From Eledone cirrhosa (taxonomy: Eukaryota): DNA of 64,000 nt. The notes below the pieces were generated by a model. That model saw only the letters and a list, made by a program, of their open reading frames with translations. It had not been told where the DNA came from and did no database searches. The stretch covers positions 238,886,001-238,950,000 of the forward strand of contig OZ024742.1 in the NCBI GenBank assembly GCA_964016885.1, written 5' to 3'. Each line of letters begins with the position of its first letter. Position 1 is the first letter of the stretch. A program made the translations under genes and the position numbers. Shown here piece by piece: positions 61,603 through 64,000 of this stretch.

Positions 61603-62905
61603 GTGTTCAGTGCTCTGGTAGTATTCTTTCTAAGACTGCAGATAGAGGCCAAACCTGTGAAAGACCGCCTCGCAACGGTATTTAAGTGGCTCACACACGC
61701 AGAGGCCGAGGTGTCGGGCCACTCCGATGCAAGTGCATTCATCATCAAGAAGGGTACCGATTGATGAGGAGGGCATCGAATTGAGCCACGCGCCGCTGTT
61801 TAACTGTGAAGCGGAGCGGAAGCAAGCAAGGCGGTTTTGATCCAAGCCAGACTCTATCCTTTTTGATACATTTTATGTCGTCCCAGTTACGTTGGACATT
61901 TATATACTGGGAGACAGAGAGGCCTTCTGCTGTCCAGTAGCCCAGAGCCTGCTCGAGCTCTGGGGCTAAATCAGGTTCGGCCGTCTTACTGAGGACCTTG
62001 CTGACGAGAGCGCGACTGGAGAAGATTGAGGAAAGGTAGGCCGGTAGAGCCAGGTCCGAAGTAGATCGGAGGTCGAGGCCACTGAACTTAGCTGGGCGCT
62101 TCACTTGTTGCCATTCGGCGTTGTCGAAACTGACATTGCAGATGAGTTCCGCACAGCGTCGGATGGTGGCGTCGAATTCGCCGAGAAGATCTGCGTAGGG
62201 GTGACAAGGTACACTGCGCAGCATAAACAGAAATTTGAGGAGGGCGAAGCAGTTCCTCAAGAGGACAAGCGCAGGGTGAGCGTCAATGGCACAAGTCTGC
62301 ATGCTTCGTCTCCAGGCACTCTCTTATGGCTTTCGAGAGAATTGGAGAGCCGAGAGTGCATGTCTTTGGGCGTTAGCCGAGCCCCAACAAGACGGGATGG
62401 GTGTTGAGTACGGTGTCGTGGAATTCGGCCTCTCTGTAGCTAAGGTTTGTTACCTTTGACTTGGATGGGTTGATATCGAGTCCGAGAAGCTTTAGAGTTG
62501 GGATGATTTGCCGAAGTTCCTCAATTACCGTCTCATCCGAGCCACCCAGGGTCGCATCGTCCAGGTACCAAACGTTGAGGGGCGGCCAGACCGAGCAAGG
62601 ACAATGTCGTCGACTGCCAGCACAAAGAGGAGCGGGCCGAGTGATCTCCTTGCTGGACACCCGTGGCGGAAGTAACCCTGTTGTCAGCAGCCATGAGTAA
62701 GCTGGGTCTTCCGTACGAGAGATGAGCGAGAGGGTAAATGGCGGGAACTCGTCTGAGACACGTCTTTAGGACGTGATCCCGTCTAACGCTGTTGAAGGTG
62801 TTTGTCATGCCCAGCTTCACAAGGAGGTGGGGTGACGAAGGAGGCGCGTGCTCTATGAAATGGCTGACTGTATGAGCTGCAGCCTCACATCCTAAATTAT
62901 GGCTC
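61603..62905 (-). mobile_element. CRE-clade non-LTR retrotransposon remnant
   Basis: GCEAAAH, NTFNSVRR, SATGVQQGD, NVWYLDD, GLDINPSK, LLRNCF, GLDLRS..LPAYLSS, SGAWLNSMP..GTLL: CRE-type RT and post-RT motifs. Frameshifted, endonuclease missing. Confidence 0.82.
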
Positions 62906-64000
62906 CATAAATCTAGTAGTTTCATAAAGGTATTAGTGACATTTTCCAAATTCTTTTTTAATTTTGTTTTTCTTGTGAAGTGTTTATCTTTTAATGACTT
63001 CTGTCTAAACCTGTGGTGTTGGGAAGGTAGAAAACCTTGTTTTTTTTAACGTTATTGATGCGGTCAGTGTTATTTTCTCTGTAAAGTCGTGTATTTTTCT
63101 AGATATTTTGTAAATGTGGTTGTTTGCTGCAGTTAGTGTGGGTATTTTGAAGACTCTGGAAGACATCTTTGTTGAGGTTTTAAAGACCACTTCTTGCTGA
63201 ATTATGGCTTCTGTCATTTTCTGACGACATTCGCGAGTGGCGAGAGAAATATCATATTTATATGTCGAATTTATTATTCAATCGACGTTCTAACTGTAAT
63301 AATTCTGCATTTTTCTGACATATATATTCACTATAAGTTTATCCATCTTTTAAAATCCGATACGATAACATTCGAGGAAGATTTCGCTATAATTTCTTGT
63401 AGGTCGAGCGACCACATAGAGGTTTCATCGCCAGTTCGTTTAGTGGTGGTCGTTCTATGAGGATCCCACAATGGTGGTAGAATCTTTCCTTACATAGAGG
63501 AGAGTAAATAAAACACTTCAATATAGAAAAAGGGAATTTGACTTTGATACAAACAATGTGCCTTTAGTTAATGTGGAGAGTGACAGCACTCAGTTGGTAG
63601 TGTAGACAACGTTGGCAACAATAATGACAACATAAACATAAGAAAAACAACAATATCTCTTATCAATGTCTCTGAGAACAGAGCCTTTTAAGGATCCCAG
63701 AATAGGAAGATTAATGGACGAGATACATCACAAAATACTATGCCTTTTTGCCTCAGAGATATTCGTGAATGAGAAGCAAAGGAGAACAGTTACGTACTAT
63801 GCATCTCCTTGAAAACAATGAAGCTTTTGGCATGCGTCCGAAAATAGTATTTGAAAAGGGCTTATCAAATGTGTAACACAAGGCCATTAACGTCAGATGG
63901 GGCCAGGGCTTCGTCACTGGTGGTTAAAAAAGGAGGACGAGACACAGAGGCAATCAGCGCTTGTGTGATACATGTCTACTCAAAGGTTGGTGATCTAGTA

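Noticed and set aside
62906-64000. Short ORFs at window end as a host exon or further element
   Set aside because: No recognisable motif or convincing splice structure; left unannotated.

Overview
AT-rich, microsatellite-dense eukaryotic (metazoan) DNA. The SINE types and repeat content suggest an octopus/cephalopod, but that is inference. I recognise no host gene, rRNA, intact tRNA or CRISPR; the window is almost entirely nested transposable elements, and most ORF-track entries are microsatellite or antisense artefacts. 1-25 kb holds Penelope-like elements (mainly Naiad-type, one Neptune-type) in (TA)n tracts, with inverted pseudo-LTRs and several hammerhead ribozyme motifs. It also holds a non-coding LTR element with an over-long tRNA-Trp PBS, a solo LTR, SINEs with TSDs, a hAT MITE and Helitron remnants. 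27-63 kb holds seven Tx1-clade LINE copies or fragments, three R4/Dong-clade elements, one CRE-clade remnant, one further Penelope remnant and a second hAT MITE. From about 37 to 61.5 kb these form one ~25-kb stack inside an (ATT)n/(AAT)n microsatellite. Best leads: an apparently (ATT)n-specific Tx1 family with ORF1/5'UTR swapping, head-to-tail concatemers and a SINE sharing its 3' tail; a perfect 393-bp palindrome made of two hammerheads with a ~115-nt stem II; and a 32-nt tRNA-Trp PBS with a mismatch exactly at m1A58. All alignments were done by eye.
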